64,000 bases of DNA from Pelomyxa schiedti (Eukaryota; Protista; Evosea). The position numbers and the translations under genes are program-made. Positions 1 to 12,324 of the stretch are shown in pieces. The notes beneath the pieces were generated by a model. The model was not told the origin of the DNA. It saw only the letters and a program-made list of their open reading frames with translations, and did no database searches. Within the stretch, counting starts at the first letter, position 1. Each line of letters starts with the position of its first letter. The stretch covers positions 1 to 64,000 of the forward strand of contig JAHLWZ010000427.1 of assembly GCA_020536535.1 (NCBI GenBank). Reading direction: 5' to 3'.

Positions 1-537
1 CCCCCCCCAATGCACAAATACACAAGGGACAAACACACACCCTGTGGGGAAGGGTGTATGTTTGCCCTGCCTGTGCACAAACAGGGTTTATAGAACCACT
101 GATAGGACTCTCGTTCCCATTTGGGTGTTGTGTGTGTGATAGTGTCTATCAAAGAAGAATTATTTTTGTTATTATGCCTATTTTCAATCTTTCTGTGGTA
201 CAACGGCGGGTGATTCAAGGAAAGGCCATTAGAATGAACGCTCCGGCCATTCACACGTTCCATATGTCCCGAACCAAGTTCCCCGATGATTCTTGGAACT
301 TGCTCTCTGACACCACACACACACACTTGCACCCCCAAAACAAGGAAAAAAAAAATTCGGATGTTTGAAGTGCAGGGGGGCTGTCAACAACAACACAGCC
401 GGAAATTAAAAATTTGAGCCGTTTATTGACGCTTAGAATAGCAGTTCTAAATCTAATGCCAAGTTGCGGAAAGCTAAACGGCGTTGACAGCATTGCCCTG
501 CGTGTAACCAAAGAGGAGGAAAAATAATTTGTTTTGT

Positions 538-653
538 TGTTTGACATTACCGATTATCTCAGCGGTCGTTCAGCTCGTCTCGGCTGTTTATTCTCGTTGA
601 TGGTCTCGTGGTGGCCCTGTTCCTTCTGTTGTTTGTTGCCGCTGTCGTTTCCC
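538..653 (+). repeat. 116-bp inverted duplication, copy 1 (copy of the intron end and last-exon start of the 13968-15721 gene)
   Basis: tgtttgacattaccgattatctcag...gctgtcgtttccc is the reverse complement of 14165-14280 with 1 mismatch. Confidence 0.95.
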
Positions 654-870
654 CCGTTGACTGGCTCCAGTGAGCACTCACAGCTTTGAGGATTTCACAG
701 CTCCAACAAAGTGCATAGAAACTTCTCGTAGTCGGAATAATCACACTGTGACTCCAAGGCCATAACATACAAGTCCTTGATTGGGACACCCAAGTTCCTA
801 CCAAAGGTGAGATTAACGAAACAGATAAGGGAGATGTAAGTTTACATTCCCTGAAGCTTGAGGGTCAACC

Positions 871-3658
871 CTATAGCCAGGAAATACCTTTCCCGCAGGT
901 CTTCCATATCTTCTTGAAGTGATGCTTGGTCTTTCTCCTGTGTGAATGAGGAAGTGATGAGGTGCAATTAAAACCCTGCACACATACAAGGTAACTGATG
1001 TAGGATTCTAGCTCTTCTTTTTCCTTTGACAGGCCTTCACATTCTCTCTTCCAATTGAGTGGTGGAGGTAAACACTCCAGGAAAGATTCCCCCCCTTCTC
1101 CTGCACTCTGAATGAGCTGGGCAATAGCTTTCACTGGTCCCTAGTGATTTACGACTTAGGGATAAAAATAAAAAAAGGGGGAGGGAGGAAAATACCTCCT
1201 CGACACCCAGTGCCGGTACCTTGTCGGCAATAAATTGTTCCACAATGTACTCAATTTCACTGTCCCACATTGTTGGCTGCTCTTCCAGCCACTCTCTCAA
1301 TTAAACTTAATCAAACCAAGAGGACATAATCCTGACCTGAAACGAGCCCTACGACTTCTTTCTGGAATTCCCGGAATGAAGCACATATACATATCCGCAA
1401 ACTCGTCAGAGGTGGCTGTTGCCAACCAAGATTCTTTGACAAAGTCACGTAGAGATCCAGAGTGAGTTCTTCGCTGCTTTTCTTCCTCCGCAGACTCAAT
1501 TTCTGCCAATCGAGACCGTAATATCTTCAATTCCAATAGTATTTCCTCCGTTGTACATGTGGGAGAAAGGATACAAGGGGAACATTCCTGTGTTATCATT
1601 TGTACAATCAGCAAAACAGTTTGAACAGTATGGAAGGAGAAATACCATTAGTGCAGGGGCCTCTGGTTCTTGTATAACTATTGGTTCCGCGGTGTAGTTG
1701 TTTTTCCAGCTGTTCACACACTTCTCTATGACTTCTTCCCAACCAGACAAATGTGAACCTTGGAGCCACTGTCGGAATCTTGCTATTTTACTTCTTGGAG
1801 GAATTTCAGTCACCTCTTTCATGTGTTCAGTGACAAAATCTTCAATTGTATGGTGAGATAGCCACTTTTCGAGCACAAAATCCTTTAATATAACGGAGTT
1901 TCGCTTGACTTCTTCCTCAATTTCCTCTTTTTCCTTCTCCATATGGTACTGGGACAACCGATCGATCTCTTGAGACAATATAACGGTCTCTGAGGTTTTT
2001 TCACAAAGGAGTTTATTTGCCTCATGGAGTTGCATTTGGAGGTCCTTAATAATGAGGGGCCATTTGAGTTCCTCGGCACGAGCTTCATCCAATTCTGTGT
2101 GCACTCTCTCCAGCTCTTCTGCAAGTTGGACGTTTTGCTGGGAAATTGTAGTGTACTCACCTGTGCACTTCTCGATGTTCTTACGAAGAGCGTCATTTTC
2201 CGCTTCCAGATTAGCGATACGGGACTCGTGAATTTGTTGCATATCTTGATTTGGAGGTTGTGTATCTCTTACAATAGGTGCAGAACTAGTATCGTCTTTT
2301 TCCAATTCTTCATCCCAATCGGGTTCTGATGGAACACCTCCTTCCAAGAAAAGCCATGAGAGGATAGTTGCCTCAATATCTGGGACCCAAGCACATACGG
2401 CTGATTTTGGTCCAATTGCAGTGCCTTCTTGATACCATTCCCTGAGCCTCGTAGCTCTAGTGCGCTCGGGTAAGCCGTCAATCCCTCTCATGTACAGAAG
2501 AGCAAACTCTTCCATTGTTCTATCCACTAGCCACCTGGAAGAGAACTCACTTCTTATCCAGGCTGCCCTTTTCTTTTCTCGTTTGGCCAGTCGCAACTGT
2601 TCCAAATGCCCCAAAATCGAGAGTATCTGTGATGTTCCTGCCGCCTCCCACTCGTCTCCTTCTACACTCCCATCCCAACTCGTCTCATCATCCGAAAGTG
2701 TGGAGCTATATGCCCCAGAGTATTGTGGAGTGACACAAGAAGAGAAGCTGTTTTGGAAGGCGTCTTCCAACCGACCAAGTTGTTGGGGCTGGTACTGTGA
2801 CTGCGATTGTGACAGAACAACGGGATTATTATCCTCGTACTGCAACACGTTGTTGTTGTCGCCACCCCCACCAAAAAAGCACAGGCGAGGGGTAGAGTAA
2901 CTTAGCGGAATACCGCCGCTCCTTAGCCGTCCATCAAAAGCCTCCCTAGCCTCACGAAGGGTATCCCCATCCAGGTTCAAACTGCTTCTGCTACTGTGTA
3001 GGGCATTTGATAATGTGGCTGAGGGAGGTTCATTTGGAATTTCCGCACCTGATTCCAGCCATTCCGTCACCGCCCTTTCGATTTCTTCATCCCATAATCC
3101 TCTTCGCCCACCACCCGGACTCCCAATGAAACTGGCGCCCAAATTCCCGCTCGCATTTGCATTCGCAGGTGCCATTAGGTTTGACGTGGAGCTTGCAACT
3201 GCGCAGTTGATCAACCTGGCCGACGGCGGTGACGTGTGTGAAGACTCGCCAGCCGAGAGCCACTCACGCAGCCTGGCCCTTTTGGTCCTTAGATTCGAGG
3301 GGCTCGGGCACAGGTAGGCGTCGCTCGACGGGGGCGACGACGACGATAGCCCTACGCCGAGCCTCCCCATGTGAAGATCCGCGAACTCGTCAGCCGTGAA
3401 CCCGCGCGATATCCACTTTTTGCGGAAGGCCGAGCGCAGCCTCAATGTGTTGTTCTCGTCGACCTGAAGTTGCAGTGACGCCACTTGCAACTGCAGCCGC
3501 TCCGCCTGCCTCGTCAGCGACGCGATCGTCTCGTCGCGCTCGTCGGGCCTGTTCCACATCGCCGCAGCGTCCAAGTTGGTGCTGGTCCCCGACGCGTCCG
3601 CCGCACCCAACTTGCCCGCGGAACCCTGAGATGACGCTGACCTGCCCCGGGTCGACAT
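871..3658 (-). CDS. Coiled-coil protein with 4 copies of an unrecognised Trp-rich helical domain (about 4 exons)
   Basis: ORF 1496..3661 splices in frame via GT-AG introns into the 1297..1614, 1037..1300 and 871..1134 frames; the motif F..W.....[ED]F..[HY]M...R[ST][KR].[AT]R[LF]R[EQ]W...W...IE recurs 4 times. Confidence 0.85.
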
Positions 3659-3740
3659 CAATCATATAATTTTTTTGCGTTTCCGCTCGCCTGCAAGTTC
3701 GGTTTTGATCAAAACTCGCGAAAGAATTGGTAGTGGTTGG

Positions 3741-6700
3741 ATGGAGAGGTCCCACAATACAATACGGTTCGTGTGTGATGAGGAGGAACAGTTGGTCGTT
3801 ACACCTGACTCTGTTGAAGTATCTCTGGTGCTTGAGGGATTTTTGGCAGGTTTTTGGAGCCACACCTGGCAATCATTATTCCATACTCATTTTCTTCCTG
3901 TAGAATTGACTGTGTGGCTTTCTTTTTGGAATCCAGTGAATAGGGATTTACATGGCGATGTGTGGTTACCCTTACCTGAAGGTTAATTGACAAGAGTAAC
4001 CTTTGTTTCTTTTTTGTTCCTAAGAAAACAGATAAGGTTCTACAATTTGTGGCTATGCACTGGAGTGTGATGGGGCAATGGTGGATGCTGTGATTGTTCC
4101 CAAGGCAGAAGCATCTGCTATTTATGCGTCCGAGGTGGAAATTACCCGTTTTCTACATTTGTCAGGCTCACTTTATGAAAGATGAGAGAAGGGAAGGGGG
4201 CAAGCATTGCTGAACAAATTGGGACTTCGAACATCTTCCGACTAAGGATTAACCCTCTTCCAGCTAAATCTTCACGGCTTCTCAAGGTAGCACTTTGTGC
4301 TTTCACCCGTTCAGTGACTAACATTTTTTCTCTAGGTAGTAATATCTGTTTCTTTACTACGTGACGGCCTTCTTCTCCCTCTGGCTTTTGAATCAACTTT
4401 GAGAATCGCTCACTTCCATGTTAGTATATTTTCTCCCTCTCTCCTTAAAGCAATTACTTATCCACTTTACTCCAAGGTATTTGTAACAGTTCCAATCGGG
4501 GTGTACCAACCCCCTACTATGACCTGCAACGGAAGAGAGTTCTTCTGTTGTTTTCCAGAACCCATGACAGAGGGTATTTCTCGCAGATCTCCTCCCCATA
4601 TGCAAGAGTAACATTTCTTAGAGGCAGAAATACAAAGATTTGTGGCAGATGCCTGTTTTCTGCAGTTCCAACCGCTCTCATCAGAATTTTTTACTCTGAA
4701 ACTACCATGTACCACGGGAGCTACTCTACACATCACTCCATTTGTTTCAGGACCTTTTGACCAGTTCTCTGGAGATTCGTTCTTCTATTGCAACCTTTCT
4801 GGGCTAGATTTTCCTCCATCTGCAATTGATGTTGACTCCTTCAAATTTTTCCATGTCTTAATGTGGCCAGTTTGGGAATGTGATAATATTGTGGGACTGC
4901 TCACGAAGCAGAGTACATGATCTGAGTGCTTTGGAGAAGTCTGCCCTCTAACATAGCCTAATCCTAACTTACTTAAGGGATAAACAAGCTGTCTGTGGGA
5001 TTGTTTCATCTTTCACTCCAAGAACCCAGTTGCTCCTTGGTTTTTTTAGTCATGTCATTCACTCTATTGAATATTTTGAGGTGAACACATTCACACAATC
5101 AATGCAAACACTTGTTAGACTCCATCTGTGGTTACCATTCAAGGTAGATTGAACAATGTTACTTATGACGGAGGTACCGACATCAATTGTGCCCTTTCCG
5201 TTATTGGGGACTGCGAAACTCTTGTATCACATGCATTTCTCTTTTGTGATGGCATCAACACTCTTGGGGATGAGGAAAAACTTGGAAAACTACACACAAC
5301 TGTCCCAATATTGACTGTTACATCAAGTGCCATTGTTGATTATGGCTTACTGAAGAGAGTTTCGAATATGACCTGTGGTTTTTTTGAAAATGGGTTTGAG
5401 AAGACCGCAGAAAGGTTCAGAATGACTTCCTCATACATAGAAGACTAAATTTGTATAGAATTGTTGTTGATTTAACCACTTCCAAAGACCATGGGTTTTT
5501 CCTTGGATTGGAGTCTGTGTCCGGAAAAGTAACTGATATTTTCCCAACTACCCCCTGTCCCTTTTCCACAAACGTGATTGTGACTGGCAGAATATCTGCA
5601 CATACCATTCCTGGTTAGACACAACAACAAACCTAATTTTAACTGAAATCAGAGAACATCATCTTACATTTTGGATATCCTGGGACTGAGACGAGTCAAA
5701 TTTCTCTCACTCTCACACCTTGTCGAAATAAGCCCACATCACTAATAGGTGAAATTAGGCTGCACTCTTTTGCATAGCTAATATTGATGTAGCTCCCAGA
5801 TATTGGGGACAGCAGAAAGCTGATCACATGTCACGCACTAAAGGCAATGCTAGTGCCATCGTCGAATTAGGAAGAAAGTTTCACTTTGTCTCCCCAAATT
5901 CATCTTTGCTATTGCTCGAGTCCTTAGACCAGGCATTCTACTCAAATTTTACTTTTTTAGTAAGAATACACTAGTTTTTACGGTACCAAGTGGAGCCCCC
6001 TCTCTCACTACCACTGGTTCACAGGCAATACTTGGTTCAAATAGCCCAGATGCAAGTACTTCCATCTTTGGAAAGAATGATTTTTAACTTTCCTTAGGCA
6101 CAAGAAAGGGAGCAGTCCCTACTGAAGACAGGAATTATATATAACATGTGGAAAAAAAAGAAGCAGCATTTAGATTGTGACTGGTCCACAACACAGGTTC
6201 CATATCAAAAGTGGCTAATGTAAAGTGATTTGTGATTTTCCCTGTAGACTAGACAACCAAACATACAGTACTTCATGAAGTTGGAGTCGAATTTCTCTGA
6301 GGATTACGAATCAGATATGAGAAGGTCACATGTAGAATCTCTTGTGGAGGTTTTTTACTGAGAGGGATTCTTTCTCAAATACCACCAGGTCTTTGTTGAA
6401 TTGATTGTAAAAAATGGAAAACTAGACCCAAAAACTCTTGACTTTTTACGCTCTTGTGAAGGTAATGCTTACCTCTGCGAAAATTGACAAAGCATAGACT
6501 ATGAAGTTGCATACAGTGCACTCTGTGAAGGTTTATACCAAGGGACCATTATAACTGAGCAGATTTTACCTTGTATTGTCCAAGATATACAAAAAGAGGG
6601 TTTGTGCCCCAAGTAAAACACTTCCACTCACTTTTCCAGGGGATCCAACACAATTTTTCAAGTTACTTGAAACTGTTGACGACGATGATATTCCTCAGGG

Positions 6701-9470
6701 GATTTCTTCTACTCCAGCCACTTTGGGAATGACACCTGAAGAAAATACTAGGACTGCCCGTTTTATGCACTTTTTAGCTTCTCGGAGAGCAGTTTCCGAA
6801 GAACTTGTTCCCCATGCTCTTGTAGCGGGCACTACGGTTCTAAACATGTTGCATATGATCGAAGGCAAAGCGTCATCAGCTGAAGAAAAATGCTCTTTCA
6901 GTTTATCGTACCCTCTTCCATGCCTTCTCCAATTAATGTCCCCTAGAAAGGCAAGGTGCATTGAGTTCCTTGGGAGCTTAATTTTTAATTCCACACGAAA
7001 GTCCCACCTGCTTCAGATCACTGAGAATAGTTATAGGGAGGTGTATGACTATACTCGTAAAAATTTTCCCGCCAATGATACAACAAGGTTGATATCCAAC
7101 AATAATGCCATATTAACTTGAAAAAGACTAAGAGCCGGGCTCAGATTGATGCACTTCTATTCAAATATCCTACAGGATACCGTCAAAGCCGGCGTAATTG
7201 GAAAAAGTACTTTCGATGACGCTATTTCAGAGCTTGGTAGGGTCCATCTTTCAACGGTGTTTATGTAATGTCAGAAAAGACAGTCTTGAAGAATCAAGTT
7301 ATAAAGACTCAACGCTCATCCTGCAGTTCATCAGAGACGAACTGACTTCTATGACAGTTGGATTTTTTACGGTTTTCTTTTTTAATTACATTACTTTAGC
7401 AAGACAACGAAGACGAACAAGTTTTAGATGAAGTTTGCAATACAGAAGGTGATTGCACTATGCCAGCAAATACCACAGTATCTCAAGACAACCAAACTTC
7501 CAATCTCTCTCAAGAGCCACAAATAACCAATGTGATCAACGTTTTATCTACTCAACTCACATCCTGTTGATTTTTGTCCTTTTCTAGGAGTACATAGTAG
7601 ATACTGCAGTGAATTCACCCAATGGTAGTGCGCCTTCCTCTTGCGCATTTTTTCCCTGTTTTTCTCAGCACAGAGATTAGATACTGCAGTATGTATGGAA
7701 AGAAGAACTGGGAGAGCGCCGAGTTCAAACACGCAACGTTTATTGAAAACTGCAATGACTAAACTGGCACCTTTCCACAAGGTAAGAAAAACCTTGCATA
7801 AGGGAAGTAGCGATATTCACTTTCAGATCTACCCTGTTTTTATGCGAGGCCGTCAAATTTCACCTGAGAGGGTTGACGAACTTGCTGGCATTCTGGCCCA
7901 GTACCACTGGGGAGATTGTCCACCCACTTTGGAGGTTCCATGCTACTCTTATTCTCTTAGCTTACTTTTGAAGCCCCACAATATAAACTGGTCTCTTTGT
8001 TTGCCCCCACAGTTCAGAGAGGAAAACCACATTTCAGGAACTTGTGCTGCATGGTACAAACTCAAAGGTACACATAAAATCGACCTCTGCTCGATGTTTG
8101 TGGATGCTTTTCCGCAGAGCACTTTGGGTAAACCTGGACCTGGAGCGTGTGTGGTGTGTACCACGAGTCCTTTGTTAAGGAATATCCGAATAGCTCTCTC
8201 TGGTAGACCACAAGGTTTACTGTCAAACAAAACAGTCATTTCCTTAATAATAGTTACCTAAGATCTCAGCGCCACGTATGAGAAAGAAGTGCCAAAATTC
8301 AGTGCTCTACCATGGATATGCATGGAATGTGCTCTACTTCTTTTACCCTACGACCCTTTTCTTGCCAAACAGTAGTTTGTCACAGTCTAGGCCTGGTCTG
8401 AAGAAAAATTAGGGTTGTAACAAATGTCATTGAGCAAAATCCTGACGAAGGAATGATGCTGAGGGCAGCTTCTTATATCCTTCTACTTGCTAATGAGGAA
8501 AAGTAGAAGCAGTTCTTTTTACGGAGTCACTCACCTCCATCAGTTGTGCAGTCCAGTGTCTCTCGAAAGTATTGGAACTATTGCCCAACGAACCACAGTC
8601 ATATTGGGAATTGGCTTGGTGCATAAGCAGGCCCTCATTTTATAAACTCTCCAACAAAGGTACACTTCTAATTTATTTATGTTCTCACTAGGACCAAGAA
8701 AAACTTTCTAAGACTGTTAGCCTGTTATTTGATATGGTGGACAAACCTTGGAGTAAGATTTTTTTTGGATCGGAGTTAACTGCAATTACAGTATATCCAG
8801 TAGATTCTTTCCTTATTTGATAAATTGCAGAGTCTCAATGCCATATACACCCACTGCCAAAGCACAGGGTATTACTCTTACTATTTTCTTCTTTTTTTAT
8901 TTTCTCCAACCCGTTTTACAGAGAAAGAGTATCTCAACTAGAAGAACTTGATAGCAGGTTTCTTTGTGAAGTTGATACTGATATCAGAATCGTGGCTACC
9001 TGGTAGAAACACTTATCAAATATAACATCCACACTCACTTAAATCAGGAACTGCTGTGCCGATGTATCCCTAATTATAACGGAACCCAATTCCGAGAAGT
9101 GTTCCCCGTTCCACAATCACACCTCGAGCGGGGGAGTCTTATCTCGTGATTTTCCTACTGGCGGGGCTCCCATTGAGTACCAGGTAGTTTTTTTTTTTTT
9201 GCTTTTCACTTAGCTGCTTTGCATAGATAAGGAATGCACCCCGTGGAAGCTATGAAGTTTCCGTTTCTCTCTTCTCACAGATAAGCAGGTTTTAGCGGAG
9301 CCACAAAATCTAAGTTTCTTTCGACTAACAAAAACATAAGAAATCCAGTTGTTGTGTATGTTGTGGTAATGAGGAACTTTGGCAGACCCAACTACACATG
9401 GAACCACTATGTAGGCCTCCTCACACACCCCAAACATCAAGTTACACTGGCAATACTCTCCCTATGAAAA
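3741..9470 (+). CDS. Multi-exon VIT - vWA - divergent 14-3-3 - TPR-like - DUF2135(YfaP-like) protein; 3' end approximate
   Basis: Spliced peptides: ELTVWLSFWNPVNRDLHGDVWLPLPEG/STICGYALECDGAMVDAVIVPKAEASAIY (VIT); YDGGTDI...AFLFCDGINTLG (vWA); [52 protein letters not shown] (14-3-3); DIRIVATW...ITEPNSEKCSPFHNHTSSGGVLSRDF..GGAPIEYQIRNAPRGSY (DUF2135). Confidence 0.8.
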
Positions 9471-9557
9471 CATCACCATTGAAAAAAGAGCTCACAGCGC
9501 ATCTGGAACCAACTTGTTGGTTAACGGAGGAGGGTTGCATGTTCAATTTTTTTTTCC

Positions 9558-12179
9558 CTACAACAAACACTGCTGGGCAAACATAACGTCATCATAGGGG
9601 TGCCTGTAAATGGGTTGCTTCAGTCTTTTTTGGTCTAGCGCGTGGCCTATAAGACCAATACTGCGAGATAGGGCAAATAGCCCAGTCAGATATCTTCGAA
9701 GTGGGACTTAGAAACTAGTAGGAAGGAACAGGGATTACCCGAGTTCCACTATTTCTTTCATTTCTCGTTTTGTGAAAGCTGGGGAACTATCCATCATGTC
9801 CAAGAAGAGGACTCCAACAACGCCATCCTCGTTTTTAGTTATTTTACTTTACAGTGAAGAAGGAACCTACAACGTTCAAGATAAGATTATTTGCCTTTTG
9901 CAAAGTACATCGCTCCACCTACTTGATTGTAAGTATTGCAAGTTTTAGGTTAGCTCTCACCTCCAAAGCAAAGTTAAGGTACATGTGCACAGGGAAATTA
10001 TCCAGAGCGTAGCGGGTGAGAATAGAAACCCTTTTGTCAGGTACATGAATACTTTTGATGTGGTGACCAATCCCAGGGATAAGGGCGCCATCATGTCGCA
10101 TCTTCTCAACAAATGCTTCTGGGCTCAACCCACTTTCAACTGCATGATAAAAGCAACGTGCAACATCGTCAGAGGCCCCTCCAAATCGAGGTCCAATGGA
10201 CAGAAGACCAGCACACAAACAGGACATAAGATCTTTTCCTGCACTAGGAATATAAGTACAAATAATAGAGAGATCAAAGCAAGAAGACAGTACCGTGATG
10301 TTACAATGGTGGAGTGAGCAGCACTAACACAAGGTCCGTGATCGGCACATAAGATCAGCACAAGCTCAAGAAAACGAGAAGCGTAACTTGCAATCCGTCT
10401 TTTGAACCACAGTAAAGCTATTATATCACCAATTTTAACATCTTGTTGTATAAGCTCACTTATGGGAATGCCTGCTGTGTTGTTAGCTGTGAGCAACGTT
10501 GGTTGTTTCGGGTAACCAGAGTATGACGGCTCGTCCCCTCTGTCGTCACATATTGTAGAGATTATTCCTGTGGACCTTCGAACAAATCCGGCTTTGTTGG
10601 CCTGGAAATAGCCTTGAGGTACACAGGCTGGGGCTATTCAATGTTACTTGCGTATTTACAAATATGCAACGGAAAGTACGAAAATCAGGTGCTGGAAACA
10701 AACGACCACTATCCAGCAATTGCCTATAGACAGTTGAAATTGTCTCCCCCAAGTCAGCAAAACTATTAGGTACTTGAACACCAGCTTCTGCAAGAGCCTA
10801 GACAAAGGTAAAAAGTGATATATGAGGAGTGCATGAAAAGTACTCTATTTTTTATTACAGCACTTTCAACATCAGTTGTTGTTCTAAACACTGTATGAAA
10901 TAAATGTGTCTGAGCAGGAATGTATTTTGCACATGTCCCAATAACCCAAGCTACAACAGGTTTTTTTACTAGTCCCTCCTGTTGGGAAGATTTGTGTAAA
11001 AGAAACCAAAATATAAGAAACCTTAACGACATGGCATATTTCATACTCATCGTACCCACCAACTTCTCCTAACACTACAATGATTTTCACTTCTTCAATT
11101 GCCTCAAACCGCACTATATGCTCTGCCATAGTACTGCCTGTATAAATGTCGGAGCCTACTGATACACATTCATAGATGCCATCTGTTGTCCTGCAGGGAT
11201 ATGGGAACCATTTTACTGTTATGGGGCGAAGTACTTGGCAATGAGATTGCACATCTCGTTTGCTAATCCCGAAGATTTTGTTACAAGCCCGACTGAGCCA
11301 GGCCTATACATTTTACACTGCAGGATGTTGTCAATGGTACCTCCTGTATCTCCAACTTTGAATGCTCCCGCCTACAGGTAGGAGATCAGTAAGGACAACG
11401 CTAAAAAGAGGAAAACGGGATGTCCACAATACAAAAAGAGGCAAAATTCGACAGAAGAGCAACAGAAGGGGGAAGGAAAAAAAAAAGTACGCTCTTGGAT
11501 TGCTCCAACGGTGCCGGGCCCGATAATCGTCTTGCCATTTCTATTTGCAGTGACAATGAGGCGCCTTACATCATTCTCGGGTACACCTTCTGTGACAATG
11601 ATAACCACCCTAAAAGAAGCATGGGTCGTGTGGGATTTGTAACAAAGTGAGATACCGTATACTCTGTGTATTAAGAGCAACAAGGGAGGATTTGTAAACA
11701 GTTCGATGAGAAGTGAAGTTTATAAACACGTCAGCCTGTAGTAGCTAAGAAGTCCATTTCCCAAATCAATACAATAAAATACCGTTGGATTGGCCATTAC
11801 GGCTTCAGATATACTATCGTAAATAGGAATGAGGATTTCAGTGGCACCAAAAAAAACCTTGTGTGCACTGGACCTAGCGCCGGGATGAACAATCCCTATC
11901 ACCAACGTTAAGGGCTTTTTCTTTCCCATACCAACAACAAGGAAAACCATTTACACAAAGGCCACAAAAAGACACACCGACGATGCTGGGTTGGTCTTTC
12001 CTGCACACAAAGTCGAAGTCGAGCATTCGCTGGATGGGATGGGGCTTCAGGTGGTACAGTATCGCCTTGCTGTTGCACGACAACAACCTCGTGCGATTCA
12101 TTGATGCAATCTGCTGCTGTTGCATCCTTCCTGATGGCGACGGTGACGGTGTCGACGAGGCGCTGAGAAATAGATCCAT
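9558..12179 (-). CDS. ACLB: ATP-citrate lyase subunit B (SCS-alpha-like plus citryl-CoA lyase domains), multi-exon; start at 12179 or 12125
   Basis: [127 protein letters not shown]. Confidence 0.93.
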
Positions 12180-12324
12180 GGATTGGATTTCCTTTTCTGT
12201 TGCCGGAGTTGGTTTGTTTGTCAGTTTTGCTGGGCGATACATACAGGGGAGTTCGAGAAGAGAGACTTGTGCCCCAGGCACTTCCACTTTTTTTTCTCGA
12301 GAACAACAGGAATCAAAATCAACA

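Noticed and set aside
11983-12324. N-terminal 114-aa extension of the GT18 ORF
   Set aside because: It overlaps the antisense of ACLB exon 1; the TM anchor begins at Met 12325
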